From assembly GCF_902713615.1 (NCBI RefSeq), contig NW_024055475.1, forward strand, positions 1 through 64,000: DNA of 64,000 nt. The letters run 5' to 3'. Positions 11,660 through 22,797 of this stretch are shown in pieces. A model generated the notes under the pieces. That model searched no databases and was not told where the DNA came from. It saw nothing but the letters and a program-made list of their open reading frames with translations. Position 1 is the stretch's first letter, and the number at the start of each line of letters is the position of its first letter. Source of the stretch: Scyliorhinus canicula. Taxonomy: Eukaryota. Both the position numbers and the translations under genes were made by a program.

Positions 11660-11940
11660 ACGGCCTGCTCTTCCAGATTAGTCCAACGTTACCCTCTACC
11701 ACCCTTCCAAGTAGTTTATTCCAGACCGTCATCACCCTCTAGGTAAGTAAGATTTCCCTCAAATCCCCCATAACGTCCTGCTCCTCACCTTGAACGTGTG
11801 TCCCCTCGTAACTGACCCTTCAATTAAGGGGAACAGCTGTTCCCTATCCACCTGCCCATGCCCCTCATAATCTTGTACATCTCAATCAGGTCGCCCCTCA
11901 GCCTTCTCTGCTCCAGCGAAAACAACCCAAGCCTGTCCAC
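11660..11940 (-). mobile_element. CR1 3' fragment
   Basis: The reverse complement encodes [20 protein letters not shown]. Confidence 0.7.
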
Positions 11941-12659
11941 TAATAAAGATTATTATTATTACAATGTACGTTTATTGTACAATAACCACAACACGAGAAA
12001 TACTATCAGTCTGGGACATGGGTGGTGGAGGCAGTCTGCTTCACATCCTTTAAATAGTACCAGGATGAGCACATGGCACGTCATAACATTCAAGGATATG
12101 GGCCAAGTGCTGGCAAATAGGGTTCGGTAGTTTGGTTCGGTGTTTTTCGCGTGTTGGTGCACACACGATGGCTGAAGGGCCTCGTCTGAACTGTGTGGTT
12201 CTCCGTATGTGCGATTCTGAGGGCTATAGCATTCCTGGCATTATGTTAATTCCACGAGTTACAAACTTCCAGGTTTGCCACATATACACTTATATCCAGA
12301 TATTGGCTGCCCAATACTACTGGCCTTGCCTTTCACTGGAATCAGAGGAATGCATTTCTCTGCTGCAATGAAGGACGATGTGATAAATTTCTGATAACAA
12401 GTACCGCGAACAGGCTGTGGCATAGGGCTCACCTCACTATTGGAGGATAACACACACTCACTAGGGAAAATGCAGGGCCTTTTCGTTGCCATATGAGCTT
12501 CCGACTTAGTAGCAGCGAGTCGGTCAATTGGTCACTCGAGCCTACTCCACAATTCAATGGGATCATGGCCAAGGTGACCATGGCCTCAGCACCACGTTCT
12601 CTGTAACCCAAGGACGCTGGTAGAGGTATAATCAGTAAGTTCACAGATTCGAGAACATT

Positions 12660-13140
12660 GTTGCTGTGGTTAATAGTGAGGAGGAAAACCTTTGAATAAT
12701 GGCAAATGGACTCTGAAAAGTGCGAGGTGATGCATTTTGGCAGGACTAAAAAGGCAAGGGAATATAAAATGAACGGTAGGACGCTAAGAATTACAGTAAC
12801 CAGAGGGACCCCGGCTGCTGTTCCAACGACCCCTGAAGGTTGAGGGCAAGTTGTTAAGGAGGTTTATGAAATATTTGAGTTTATTTTCCGTTGAATATAA
12901 GAGCCGGGAGGCTATGATGGAGCTGTAGGAACGCTTGTGAGGCCACAGCTGGAGCATTGTGTGCAGTTCTGGTTACTACACTGTAGCAAGGAGTTGATTG
13001 CAGTGGAGAGGGTGCAGTGGAGAATCACAAACATGATGCCGGGGATGGAGTGTTTCAGCTATGAAGAGAGGCTGGTTAGGTTGGGGTTGTTTTCCTTGCA
13101 GCAAAGAAGGCTGAAGGGGGACCTGATTGAGGTATATTAA
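12660..13140 (+). mobile_element. Degenerate CR1 ORF2 fragment
   Basis: RPQLEHCVQFW...LGLFSLQQRRLKGDLIEVY. Confidence 0.8.
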
Positions 13141-13693
13141 CTCCACCTAATCCACCTATTCTGCATATTTTTATCCACAGCATATTTTTGTATTGAGGGA
13201 GTAAACCAAATCAGACACGCACAAACACGTCTAAGGTCAGATTGAATCTGGGTCCCTGGCGCTGTGAAGTAGCAGTGCTAGCCACTGTGTCACCCCAAAT
13301 AACCTAATTCTTTGACCACTTTTTTGACCATACAACCGAAATGTTCCTCTCAAACTCCTTGGGACACGAAATGATGTGAAAAGCTCGATATGTACATACA
13401 TTGCTGCATTTGTCATAGTTCAGTGAGACCTGATAGTTTACTGAGTGAGTGAGTCTGTACACCATGATATGAACAAGAAGCAGGAGTTAAGGAATCACAG
13501 ATCGATTCGTCAATCTTATATCTGTTATGAATTCAAGTTGCAATCGTCAACTGTTATAACTGTGGAAGTGGACCTCACCTCTTGCTGTTTTTGAGTGTTG
13601 TTTTCTTACAAATTATGTCACTCTGAGTATGGAAACTGAACTGCCCATGAGGACGCGACCCCTGCTGAGCAGCAGCTGGAACTGCCAGTGTGG

Positions 13694-13733
13694 GGTTTTT
13701 GTACGGGACCCGCCATATCTCTGTAGCAGTGTG
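13694..13733 (-). promoter_or_regulatory. RSS of V3 (24-nt spacer)
   Basis: CACACTG (13733-13727), 24-nt spacer, ACAAAAACC (13702-13694). Confidence 0.85.
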
Positions 13734-14238
13734 GGCGCCATGGCACAGAAATACACGGCTCTGTCGGAGACCATTGTGTTACTGATCGTTATCTCGGTAG
13801 TCTTGTTCTTTTTATCAAACGTAGAAGAAAGCCGATCATTGAGGTCGGTGTTCCTTTGCACATTTTGTCCAATAAGACGAAACATGTATATTGGAGCTTT
13901 CCCGGGCTGCTGACTGTACCAGTACACATAAGGGTTAGAATCGCTTGTTTTCAAGATGCAGGTTAATGTGACTTCACTTTCCTCTGTAACCGTTATTTCA
14001 GATTCCTTTTGTTCCACGGTGTCCTGCTGGCTCCATTCTAACAGAAATAACAGCGATAATGACAATCAGAGTCAGCCTCATATTAAACAATAAAATGATC
14101 TCTAAAATAATCATTATAATTTTACCAATAATAACATTTGGGTTACAGCAGTCAGGAAGACAATGGGGTGTTGCTGGGAAGGAAATACTTACCGAGAAGT
14201 GAGATAACGATGAGGAGCGAAGCGAGATGGTTCCTCAT
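13734..14238 (-). CDS. TCR alpha/delta-type V segment V3, intact
   Basis: Leader 14238-14193 (MRNHLASLLIVISLL, GTAAGT), 155-nt intron, V exon 14037-13734 EWSQQDTVEQ...VTLTC...YVYWYSQQPGK...SDRAVYFCAMA. Both Cys and the Trp are present; no stop. Confidence 0.92.
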
Positions 14239-14858
14239 GATCCTTCTTGAGTTTGTAATTCTGCAATTAGATAAATCCTGTGTCAGAGACAGAAATACAG
14301 ACCCCCATCACACTGCTGATCCGACCAATGAGAGGAATGAACCAGCAGCAGCAATCTCTCCAGTAACACAATTGGGTCAGAATGAGAGCAGCAACCGGAA
14401 GCTGTGGGCGGGGTACCGCAGTCTCAATATTGAGTGAAGTGTGCGGTGACTCTCAGCTGCACTCGGAACTCTGGAGCGGAAATAGCGACAGTTGAATCTT
14501 CACTGCACCGTGACCATCCTGCACCTGTTCATCGTGCAAGTCACTGAGAAGAATTAGATCGGGAAGGACATGACGGACTAGAATCTAGAATCTTCGAGTC
14601 AGGGATGAGGCCACACGATCTATATTGCCCGAGACACTTTGAAATCGTTATCTTATTCTTCTTTCAAAAACAGCATTTTCTATATACCCCAGTAATTCTA
14701 TATGCCCCGGTAATTCCCTTAACATTTCCTTCTAAAAGTTATTGTTGAATCTTCTTCCTTTATTTAGACACGTCATCGAAAGTTTAGCAAAGCGCAGTGT
14801 CCCTCTCCATTCGGTCAACTCTCAGCCTTTAGGGGGCAGCGGGAAACGTGTGACCATG

Positions 14859-14872
14859 TCGCCCTCTGGTGG
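14859..14872 (-). promoter_or_regulatory. CTCF-like motif
   Basis: Minus strand CCACCAGAGGGCGA, ~620 nt upstream of the V3 ATG. Confidence 0.5.
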
Positions 14873-15289
14873 ATATAATCAGAACTTGACACCGTTCGGA
14901 CACTTGATGAAAATAGAAAATCAGAATATCAATTCTAGGGGAATTAACGCAGAAGGGGAAATATACACAAAGCCTGCAGCTTGTCTACAAAGATCATCGA
15001 CACCAGTTGAACAGAGGGGAAATATAAGTTAATATTGGAGCAAGGTTGTTGTGGTTTGTTGTTGTTCATTGTGCAGCTCAGAACGGGAAAAACCGACAGG
15101 CAGGCAGCTGGGAATTTTCCTTCTTAAATTCATTTGATTATTGTTTTATGTCCTGGTAAGTGTTGCGCAAGCCTGGACATTCACCAACAGCATTTCTTTA
15201 GAAATTGACGCGACACAAACGCACACTGCCAACTGTACTAGTATATTTTCATATTAAGAATGAGTATAATTTATATAAAGAGGAAATCC

Positions 15290-15445
15290 ATCCACACTTA
15301 GCACAATAGGCTAAATAGCTGGCTTGTAATGCAGAGCAATGCTCGCAGCGCGGGTTCAATTTCCGTACTGGCCTCCTCGAGCAGGCGCTGGAAGATGGCG
15401 ACAAGGGGCTTTTCACAGTAACTTCATTAAAGCCTGCTTGTTATT
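15290..15445 (+). mobile_element. Short tRNA-head SINE
   Basis: TTAGCACAATAGGCTAA...GGGTTCAATTTCCG...GGCTTTTCACAGTAACTTCATT. Confidence 0.7.
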
Positions 15446-15556
15446 ATTCTTAAATGTAAGAGGTATAACGACAAGCAAGGTGATCCGCTGGTGAGAGATC
15501 TTCGACCCCCTCTGATTGTAACATCGCTGTGTTGTTATGTGCAGAAACGCTTTGAC

Positions 15557-15594
15557 AGTTTTTGTACAGGTTCAGCGGGTTCTGTGTGTCTGTG
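15557..15594 (-). promoter_or_regulatory. RSS of V4 (22-nt spacer)
   Basis: CACAGAC (15594-15588), 22-nt spacer, ACAAAAACT (15565-15557). Confidence 0.85.
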
Positions 15595-16325
15595 GGTCTC
15601 AGTGCGCAGTAATACACCGCAAGGTCAGTCAGTTGTACCTTAGAGACTTTCAGCGGAACTGTCCGACCAGATTCATCGAACTTCGCTGAAAAGCGGTTCT
15701 CTGGAATGCCCTCCGTTTTCTCGCTATATCTGTTCCTCTGCAACAAGTACTCCAAGGAGCCGCTGGGATACTGACGGTACCAATACAGGTAAGGAACGTC
15801 GCTGCTTGTAGATGTGAAATTACAGAACAATTCAATGTCACCTCCTTCATGGACTGAGGTTTCAGCTGGTGTCTGTGAAACCGAATCTCCTCGGCAATAA
15901 CCTATAAGAGCCAAGAGCGATAGTAAATTAAACAATGTCGCTCCATTATCTATCCCCATAATTAGCCGATCACTCCCAAGAGTTACCTGGGAATTAAAGA
16001 AGTGTTAAGCAGAAAGACATTCCCTACAAAATGTGAGTCAAGGAGGAGGGGTTTGAACAACTTTCAGCACTTTCCAGCGGGGTAAGATTAGGGGCAGTGG
16101 GGGAGAATGCGAATACCCAGAAGGGTTTTTAATGTTAAGTTCAGATCGGTCTGAATGATTGTTTCTGCGCTTAGAATCAAGGTGTGGATATTTCTGTGTT
16201 CTCTATACTGACCGCTTAAATATAAAGGACGAGATAGATGTGAAACGCAGAGTTACATAGCATTCGAACTTACCAGTTAAGACAGCAGCAGCTGTAAAGA
16301 TAAATGAAAAAGTAACAGTGAACAT
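15595..16325 (-). CDS. TCR alpha/delta-type V segment V4, intact
   Basis: Leader 16325-16274 (MFTVTFSFIFTAAAVLT, GTAAGT), 372-nt intron, V exon 15901-15595 GYCRGDSVSQTP...LFCNF...YLYWYRQYP...TDLAVYYCALR. Confidence 0.93.
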
Positions 16326-16464
16326 GTTCACACAGAGATGATGGCGGGTTTGAAGAGGCTTCTTCCACCTGAAATAGTTTTCATTCCAGAATTGGGTGAA
16401 GGTTGACTCATATCCAGCCTCTTTGCGGATTGGCTAGTTCTTGACAGAGACAGCAGGGGATAAC

Positions 16465-16534
16465 CAATCAGCCCATTACTCTTCAAATCATCCAATCAAC
16501 TTGCAGTTTCTGTGCTCTCTGATTCGTGACGTCA
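16465..16534 (-). promoter_or_regulatory. V4 promoter module (CRE and CCAAT)
   Basis: TGACGTCA at 16527-16534; CCAATCA at ~16465 and ~16492. Confidence 0.6.
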
Positions 16535-17009
16535 GTGCGGGGAGGAGAAAACAGTGAAATTGAACCTGAAATTGTTCCGTTCGAAATTGGTTATTATTTG
16601 ATCCGTCCTATTGTGTAGAAGGCGATGAACTTCCACAGGAGGACATGCTTGTTAAATAATTCTGAAAGTGTTCTCTCACATCTAGGAACTGTTTGTGTAG
16701 AGAGTCCACGGTTCTCCCATGATTATATCAAGTCGGTGACATATTTAATGTGGCATCAGTGCCGGGATTAACATTAATATTTCTGCTGCTTCCCGCTGCT
16801 CTGGTATATTTGTCACGGATTGTATGTTGTGAATATCAATCTTCACACCGACAGTGTTCCTCTGACCAGACGGCACGCAAATAGTTTCAGTTCAGAACTT
16901 ATTTATTCACGCTATAGAAGGGGAGCTAAACACCCACAGGGTGATTTATCAGCACCCGGATCATAGAGAATACAGAACAATTATATTTTTCATATATTTC
17001 AGGTAATTG

Positions 17010-17610
17010 ACATACACTAACAATGCACAGTGGGTAAAACTGCAGGCTCGTGCCGCCAGAGACCCGGGTTCAGTTCCGCCCTTGCGTGACTGTGTGGAGT
17101 TTTCACATTTTGTGTGGACTTCCTTCCGGTGCTCCGGGTTTCTTCCATGGATGTGCAGGTTAGGTGCAGTTACAGGGCGGACGATTGGGCCAAGGTAGGA
17201 TGGTCTTTCTAAGTATCCCTGCAAACTCGTTAAGCCGAATGGCCTCTTTTTCCATTGCGGGGATTCTATGACACAAACAGCAGATTACATCGGGCAGCAC
17301 GGTAGCACAAGTGGTTAGCACTGTGGCTTCACGGCACCAGCGTACCAGTTTCGATCCCCCGCTGGGTGACTGTGCGGAATTTGCATGTTCTCCCCGTGTC
17401 TGTTTGGGTTTCCTCCGGGTGCTCCGGTTTCCTCCCACTGTCCAAAGATGTGCGGGTTAGGTGGATTGGCCATGCTAAATTGCCCTTATTGTCCAAAAAA
17501 GATTAGGAGGGGTCATTGGGTTACGGGGGTAGGGTGGAAGTGAGGGTTTGATGGGTCGGTGCAGACTCGATGGGCCAAATGGCCTCCTTCTGCACTGTAT
17601 GTTTTATGAT
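17010..17610 (+). mobile_element. Two adjacent HE1-like SINEs
   Basis: A diverged copy at ~17010-17270 and a better copy at ~17292-17610 with A/B boxes and core. Confidence 0.8.
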
Positions 17611-17960
17611 CTGTGACAACCTGTCAATGCAATTCACAGCAAAGCTCTTTGTTTTCCGATTAATTATAATAATGTAGAGGGAATTAAGTTGTTCTCCTCA
17701 CAGTAGGAACGAATACGTCAGTAAAGACAATGTTGGCACTGAATAGGATCAGTCTTTGAGGTGGGATAGCGAAGTGACATTTAATGTATTTATTTTGTCA
17801 GCGCTCGAGATTCCCTCAAAATAATCTGCTCAGCGGCGGCGTAAAGCAGAAAGAGTGCTGGATTGAATTAACACACAGGTATTCAGCAAAACTGATCTAC
17901 ATATTGTGATTTCTCATATATCAGCTCACAGTCAATGAGAGGATGTGAAAGTGCCTTGCC

Positions 17961-17999
17961 GGTTTTTGTATGGACTGACTGTGTCTCTGCAACAGTGTG
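17961..17999 (-). promoter_or_regulatory. 23-RSS of V5
   Basis: CACACTG (17999-17993), 23-nt spacer, perfect ACAAAAACC (17969-17961). Confidence 0.9.
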
Positions 18000-18433
18000 G
18001 GTCTCAGAGCACAGAGATACACAGCAGAGTCAGACACACGGACCCCGGTGATAGTTAAAGGAACTGTTTTTTGCTCCTGGTCCAAACGAGCAGAAAAACG
18101 GTCGGGAAAATGTGACGACTTGTCCCCCTCCGCCTTGCCATACTTTCTCAGTAAATATCTCGGAGATTCCCCGGGGTACTGGATGTACCAGAAGAGGTAG
18201 GGATAGCTATCGGTTGTGGAGTAATTGCAGTTCAATATTATCGTGTGTCCCTCCTGAACCGTCACATCAGGCGGGTCCTGGGAAACTGAATCAATTCCCT
18301 TTATTCCTGAAATAAAGAACAGTCTGTATTAAACAATTGGGAGTAAACCTGATCAATGCACACAGGCGTATTGAACCGTCGACTCACCGGGTAGCAGAAC
18401 CATGATTATCAGTAAAGGATATACGCAGCACAT
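18000..18433 (-). CDS. TCR alpha/delta-type V segment V5, intact
   Basis: Leader 18433-18388 (MCCVYPLLIIMVLLP, GTGAGT), 81-nt intron, V exon 18306-18000 GIKGIDSVSQDPP...ILNCNYS...YLFWYIQYPG...SDSAVYLCALR. Confidence 0.93.
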
Positions 18434-18599
18434 GGTATGTGGTGTTCAGTTCGACTAGCAGAACAGGATGGTTTAAACTGCGGAACTTTTTATTCTCATA
18501 TTTAAAAGTAAAACAGACCACGGATTACTGCCCTTATTCAGTCGCTAAGGGTGCTGCTTACGACGGCGATTGGCTGATTTTAAAAAACTGATACGAACG

Positions 18600-18668
18600 G
18601 TCAACCAATCAGCATCACTCGTGTGAAATTAACTGATCCATTCTCACCTGCTTCCCCTTGACGTCCGC
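18600..18668 (-). promoter_or_regulatory. V5 promoter module (CRE-like and CCAAT)
   Basis: TGACGTCC at ~18659 and CCAATCAG at ~18605. Confidence 0.5.
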
Positions 18669-18699
18669 CAGAGGATATCGCTCTTCTCACCCCATCTCT

Positions 18700-19760
18700 C
18701 TTTGTGCGTACATACAGGCGCAGTCACACACACTCACACACACAGAGACACACATAGACAGGCACGCACACACTTTCTCACACACAGACACCCATACTCG
18801 GACACAAAAACAGACATACATGCAGACACACACACAAACAAGCACAGACATACGCTCACCGACAGACACACGCAGACATAAACATACACAAATAAACACG
18901 CAACAGACAAAAGCACAGGCAAACAGGCACACATATGAACACGCATGCAGATACACCCAAAAAAACACACAAATAAAACAACGCACAGGAAAACACAACA
19001 CATGCAGGGACACAGACACTGACGCACACAGACACATACCCATTCACACACACGCATTCGCAAAAACAGACACAAGGGCAAAGAGACAATACAGACACAA
19101 GGAAGCATACACACAAACAGAGACAAGCAGGCACAGTCGCAGACGCATCTATGAGGCACCGGCAGACACACACAGACGTACACATAAACACAGACACCAA
19201 ATGGACACACACACACATACATAAACACACGTAGACACACTGACACCAGCACACAGACACACACACATACACAGACAAACACAAGGACAGACACACATAA
19301 GGACAGACACACGCACCTACATATATCATAGGATACAGACAGACAGAAACACACGCACTAAGACAGAGATAAACAGATCTGCCAACACACACAGACACAA
19401 ATAAAACAACACCAAGCAAGTACAAACACAGGTAGTTACACACACATACACTCACACACACTGGCACACACACATTCGCACACACAGACACAAATGCAGG
19501 CACGTAGAAACACAAAGACAGGCAAACATGCACAGGCACAAACGAACCAGCAGACATTCGCAGATACAAACACAGTCATAATCATAAACACTGACACACA
19601 GGCACACACACAGGCACGCACAAACATACACAAAAAACAAAGGCACACACAAACAAAACACAGACAAACGCGTACACAGACGCACACAGATATATACGCA
19701 CACAAAATCACAGGCAATTAAAAACTCAGATACACACAGAACACACACACAAACAAACTT
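18700..19760. repeat. Degenerate (CA)n/(CAGA)n low-complexity tract
   Basis: About 1 kb of ACAC/ACAG. It explains the spurious HT- and VC-rich ORFs. Confidence 0.9.
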
Positions 19761-19779
19761 CCCCCTCCCTCGGCTTATT

Positions 19780-20270
19780 TTGGTTGTTGCGTGGCTGATG
19801 AGCCAGATCCTAGAGCAGCATCTTCAATCACTCACTTGGCAGGAGTTTCCAAAAAGTGGCATCGGCCCTCGGACGCTCAGTCGCAGGCATTGGTTTGTAA
19901 GGCTCCTTTCCCGGGCCTCCCCTTGCCGTCGGGTGTTCTCGAAGAATTGTGACTCTTCAATCAGGAGGTTCCTCCACATAGGTCTCTTCTGAGCAAAGGA
20001 TTCCCAGAAATTGACTTCCATGTTCCATTTCTTGAGGTAAGCCTGCAAGGCGTCTTTTAAGAACATACTTTGCCCTCCTCTTGTTCGGGATCCTTCCTTG
20101 AGTTGGGTGATGAAGATTTATTCTGGCAGTCGGGACCGTGAAATCATATGGGCCGGACAGCGGAGTTGTCTTTGGATGATCATGACCTCGATACTGGTGC
20201 TTTTGACTCCTTGAAGGACACTAATGTTAACATGTCTGTCATTCCAGCTGATTCGGAGATAAAGTGCATT
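19780..20270 (-). mobile_element. RTE-clade LINE 3' fragment
   Basis: FLKDALQAYLKKWNMEVNFWESFAQKRPMWR resembles the C-terminus of RTE/BovB-type ORF2. Confidence 0.65.
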
Positions 20271-21304
20271 TGGATTTTGCGATTTACTTTAAGCTGAGTT
20301 GTTTACGCGTAGCACTGACGCCATGTTTATCCTTCGAAGCCTCAGTGATTATTTCAAATGGTTCAACAAAGTTTGCTGCCGTAGTTGACACATACAAGCC
20401 TCCTGTAAGCTAAAGTGATCTATCGGTCTGACAGGGTTTGCAGCGAGTCGATCACCCACCTTACCAGTGTATGATGCCAGAGGAGATGTGTGCCAGGATG
20501 CTGCGCTTCAGCAACTGCTTCTCTCGGACCTTGAGCTTGTCAATTAACACTAGTCAACACTCCCCTTCCCTCCCTCCATTCCCTCTTCCCTCCCCCCTCT
20601 TCACATCATCCCTCCAACTCTTCCCTCCCTCCCCTTCCCGCGCTGCCTCCCACAAATATACACAGCCGTTGTGTTTAAGTCAGAAAATATATTTTATTGC
20701 ATGAAATTTGAAACGGTGAAGTCGTTTTATCTCATTGTTCATTTGAGAAAGTCAAACGGTAAGTTAAATGTTAAGTGGTTTCAAACTTCTGTATTTCGAA
20801 AATTATTCTTGGTCATAAATGTTTGACATTAAACTTTACAAGCTTCTACAAATGTCTTACTGACACATCAGAGCAAAGCATATAATTGAGATAATTATAA
20901 ATGAAGAAGATAATGAAAGTAAACAAGGCAGAAACATTTAACACGGTGGCACAATGGTTAGCACTGATGCCTCACGACAATAGAGACCCGTCTTCAACTC
21001 TGACCTTGGTTGATGTGTGGTGTTTGTGCATTTTGTGCCTGCATGGGTTTCCTAGAACCTGGAATAGAACCATCGACTGGAGCCAATCAGTACATCAAGT
21101 CTGCACTGATCCTCTGAAAGAGTACACTACCTGTGTCCACTCCCTAGCCCTATCTCTGATACGTAACCTGTGCATCTGAAGTCGGAAGGGCAGGTGATTG
21201 GGGTGGTGAAAAATGCATATGGTACACTTGCCTTTATCAATCGTGGCATAGATTGTTAAAGCAAGGATCTCATGTTACATTTATATAGCGCATAGTTCAG
21301 AGGA

Positions 21305-22797
21305 GAAGTCACACCCGGGTGTGGTATATCTGCTGGTTAACGAACCCGGCAGAAGAAAGTGGAGGACTTGGCCAAGGACTTGATAGAGACCTGTGGCGCA
21401 GTAGCAGTGGAAGGATCGCGGAGACGGGAGCGCCAGTGCAAGTAGCAAAACCCCACAGGGAACAGTTGAATACCTTTATCAAGGAAGAGTTCTGCCAGCA
21501 GAGGAAGGAGATGCAGGAGGATGGCTCGAAGGCCATAGAAGGGGCTGTGACACCCCAAAGGGATCGATGGAGAGCGTGGAGCAATGCTGGCGGGTACAGA
21601 GGTCGCCGATACAAGAGATTGAGGAGGTGATGTCGGGCCACAGCGATCGGGTGGTGGCATTGAAGGCGGAGGTGGAAGGCTTAGGAGACCTTTGTAAGAG
21701 CAAAGGTGGAGGAGCAGGAAAGTAAGTCGAGAAGGCAAAATCTGTGGATAGTGGGCCTGCCTGAAGGAATGGAAGGTGCGAGTACCGCGAGGTGCGTTTC
21801 AACGATGCTGGCGGGTCTGGTGGTGGAGGGGGTGCTGGGCAAGGCCCCTGAGGTGAACAGAGAGCATAGGTCTTTGGGGCAGAGGCTTAGAGGCAGGAGC
21901 CGCTGCGGGCGGTGATCAAGAGGTCCCACAAGTTCGTCGAGAGGGAGAAGATTCCGCAGTCAGCTAGCGAGAAGCGGAACTGCGCATGGGAGAGGAACAA
22001 AGCCCAAATAAACCAGAACATGGGAGCTAAGCTGGCAAAACGGCATGTGGGTTTAACGTAGCCAGGGCGGTGCTGCATCGACAGCGGATCAGGGTTGGGG
22101 TGCTATACCCGCCGAAACTATGGCTGACCTGTGAATACCCGGAATGCTATTTTGAGACTCCAGAAGCGGCCAATGACTTTATCAAGGAGCATAAGCTGAG
22201 GATCACTGAACTGAACAATTGTGGGACGAGGTGCTGGTACTTTGAAGTAATTGAGATGGGGTAGAGCGGGGGTTGGAGGGAGGGGTGGGTTTCTTTTACT
22301 CCGATTTTTACTGTTGGGTTGACTAACCGTAGCAGGGGTGAAAGGTTTGAAAGGGGACGGCTGACCCCACTCCCTTCCTCCCCCCCCCCCCCCCCACTCC
22401 CATCCTGCTGCCTCGGGCTGTATTGTTTTTGTTTGACTTTGGGGAGGTGACCTGTGGTTCGAGATGAGTCGAGATGGGTGGAGGAAGGGGAGTTTACCGA
22501 TAACTTTTTTCACAGAACAGAGAGGTGAGGGCGGGGGATGAGGGTAGTGGGGGGGGGGGGGGGGGCAGTCGGAGGAGCCTTTGGGAACGAGTTTCCACGC
22601 TGGCAGGTAATGCTGGTCAACGGAAATGAGGTGGGGGGAAGGCTGAAAGAGGTGGCTGTAGGGGGATGGGGAGGGGGCGGGGGTGGGAGAGGGTTGGGGT
22701 GGAGGGAGGGTTATGCGAGGTGGTGAGGTTTGATACGAAACATGGGAGGGGGCGGAGAAAAGGGGCGTCTAGGATGGGGTAGGTACAGGGTGAAATT
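21305..22797 (+). mobile_element. L1-like LINE: degenerate ORF1 and G-rich inter-ORF spacer
   Basis: EQESKSRRQNLWIVGLPEGMEG and RVGVLYPPKL...FETPEAANDFI resemble L1 ORF1p. Confidence 0.75.

Noticed and set aside
13613-15959. ORF-track proteins suggesting intronless leaders for V3 (14065 start) and V4 (15959 start)
   Set aside because: These N-termini are read-through of intron sequence. True leader exons with GTAAGT donors exist at 14238-14193 and 16325-16274.
18658-19748. Long overlapping ORFs of 90-237 aa
   Set aside because: Products of a degenerate (CA)n tract; HT/VC-biased and open on several frames.
20330-20540. Donor/acceptor pair on the minus strand resembling a leader intron
   Set aside because: No ATG-led hydrophobic leader and no Ig-domain motifs downstream.
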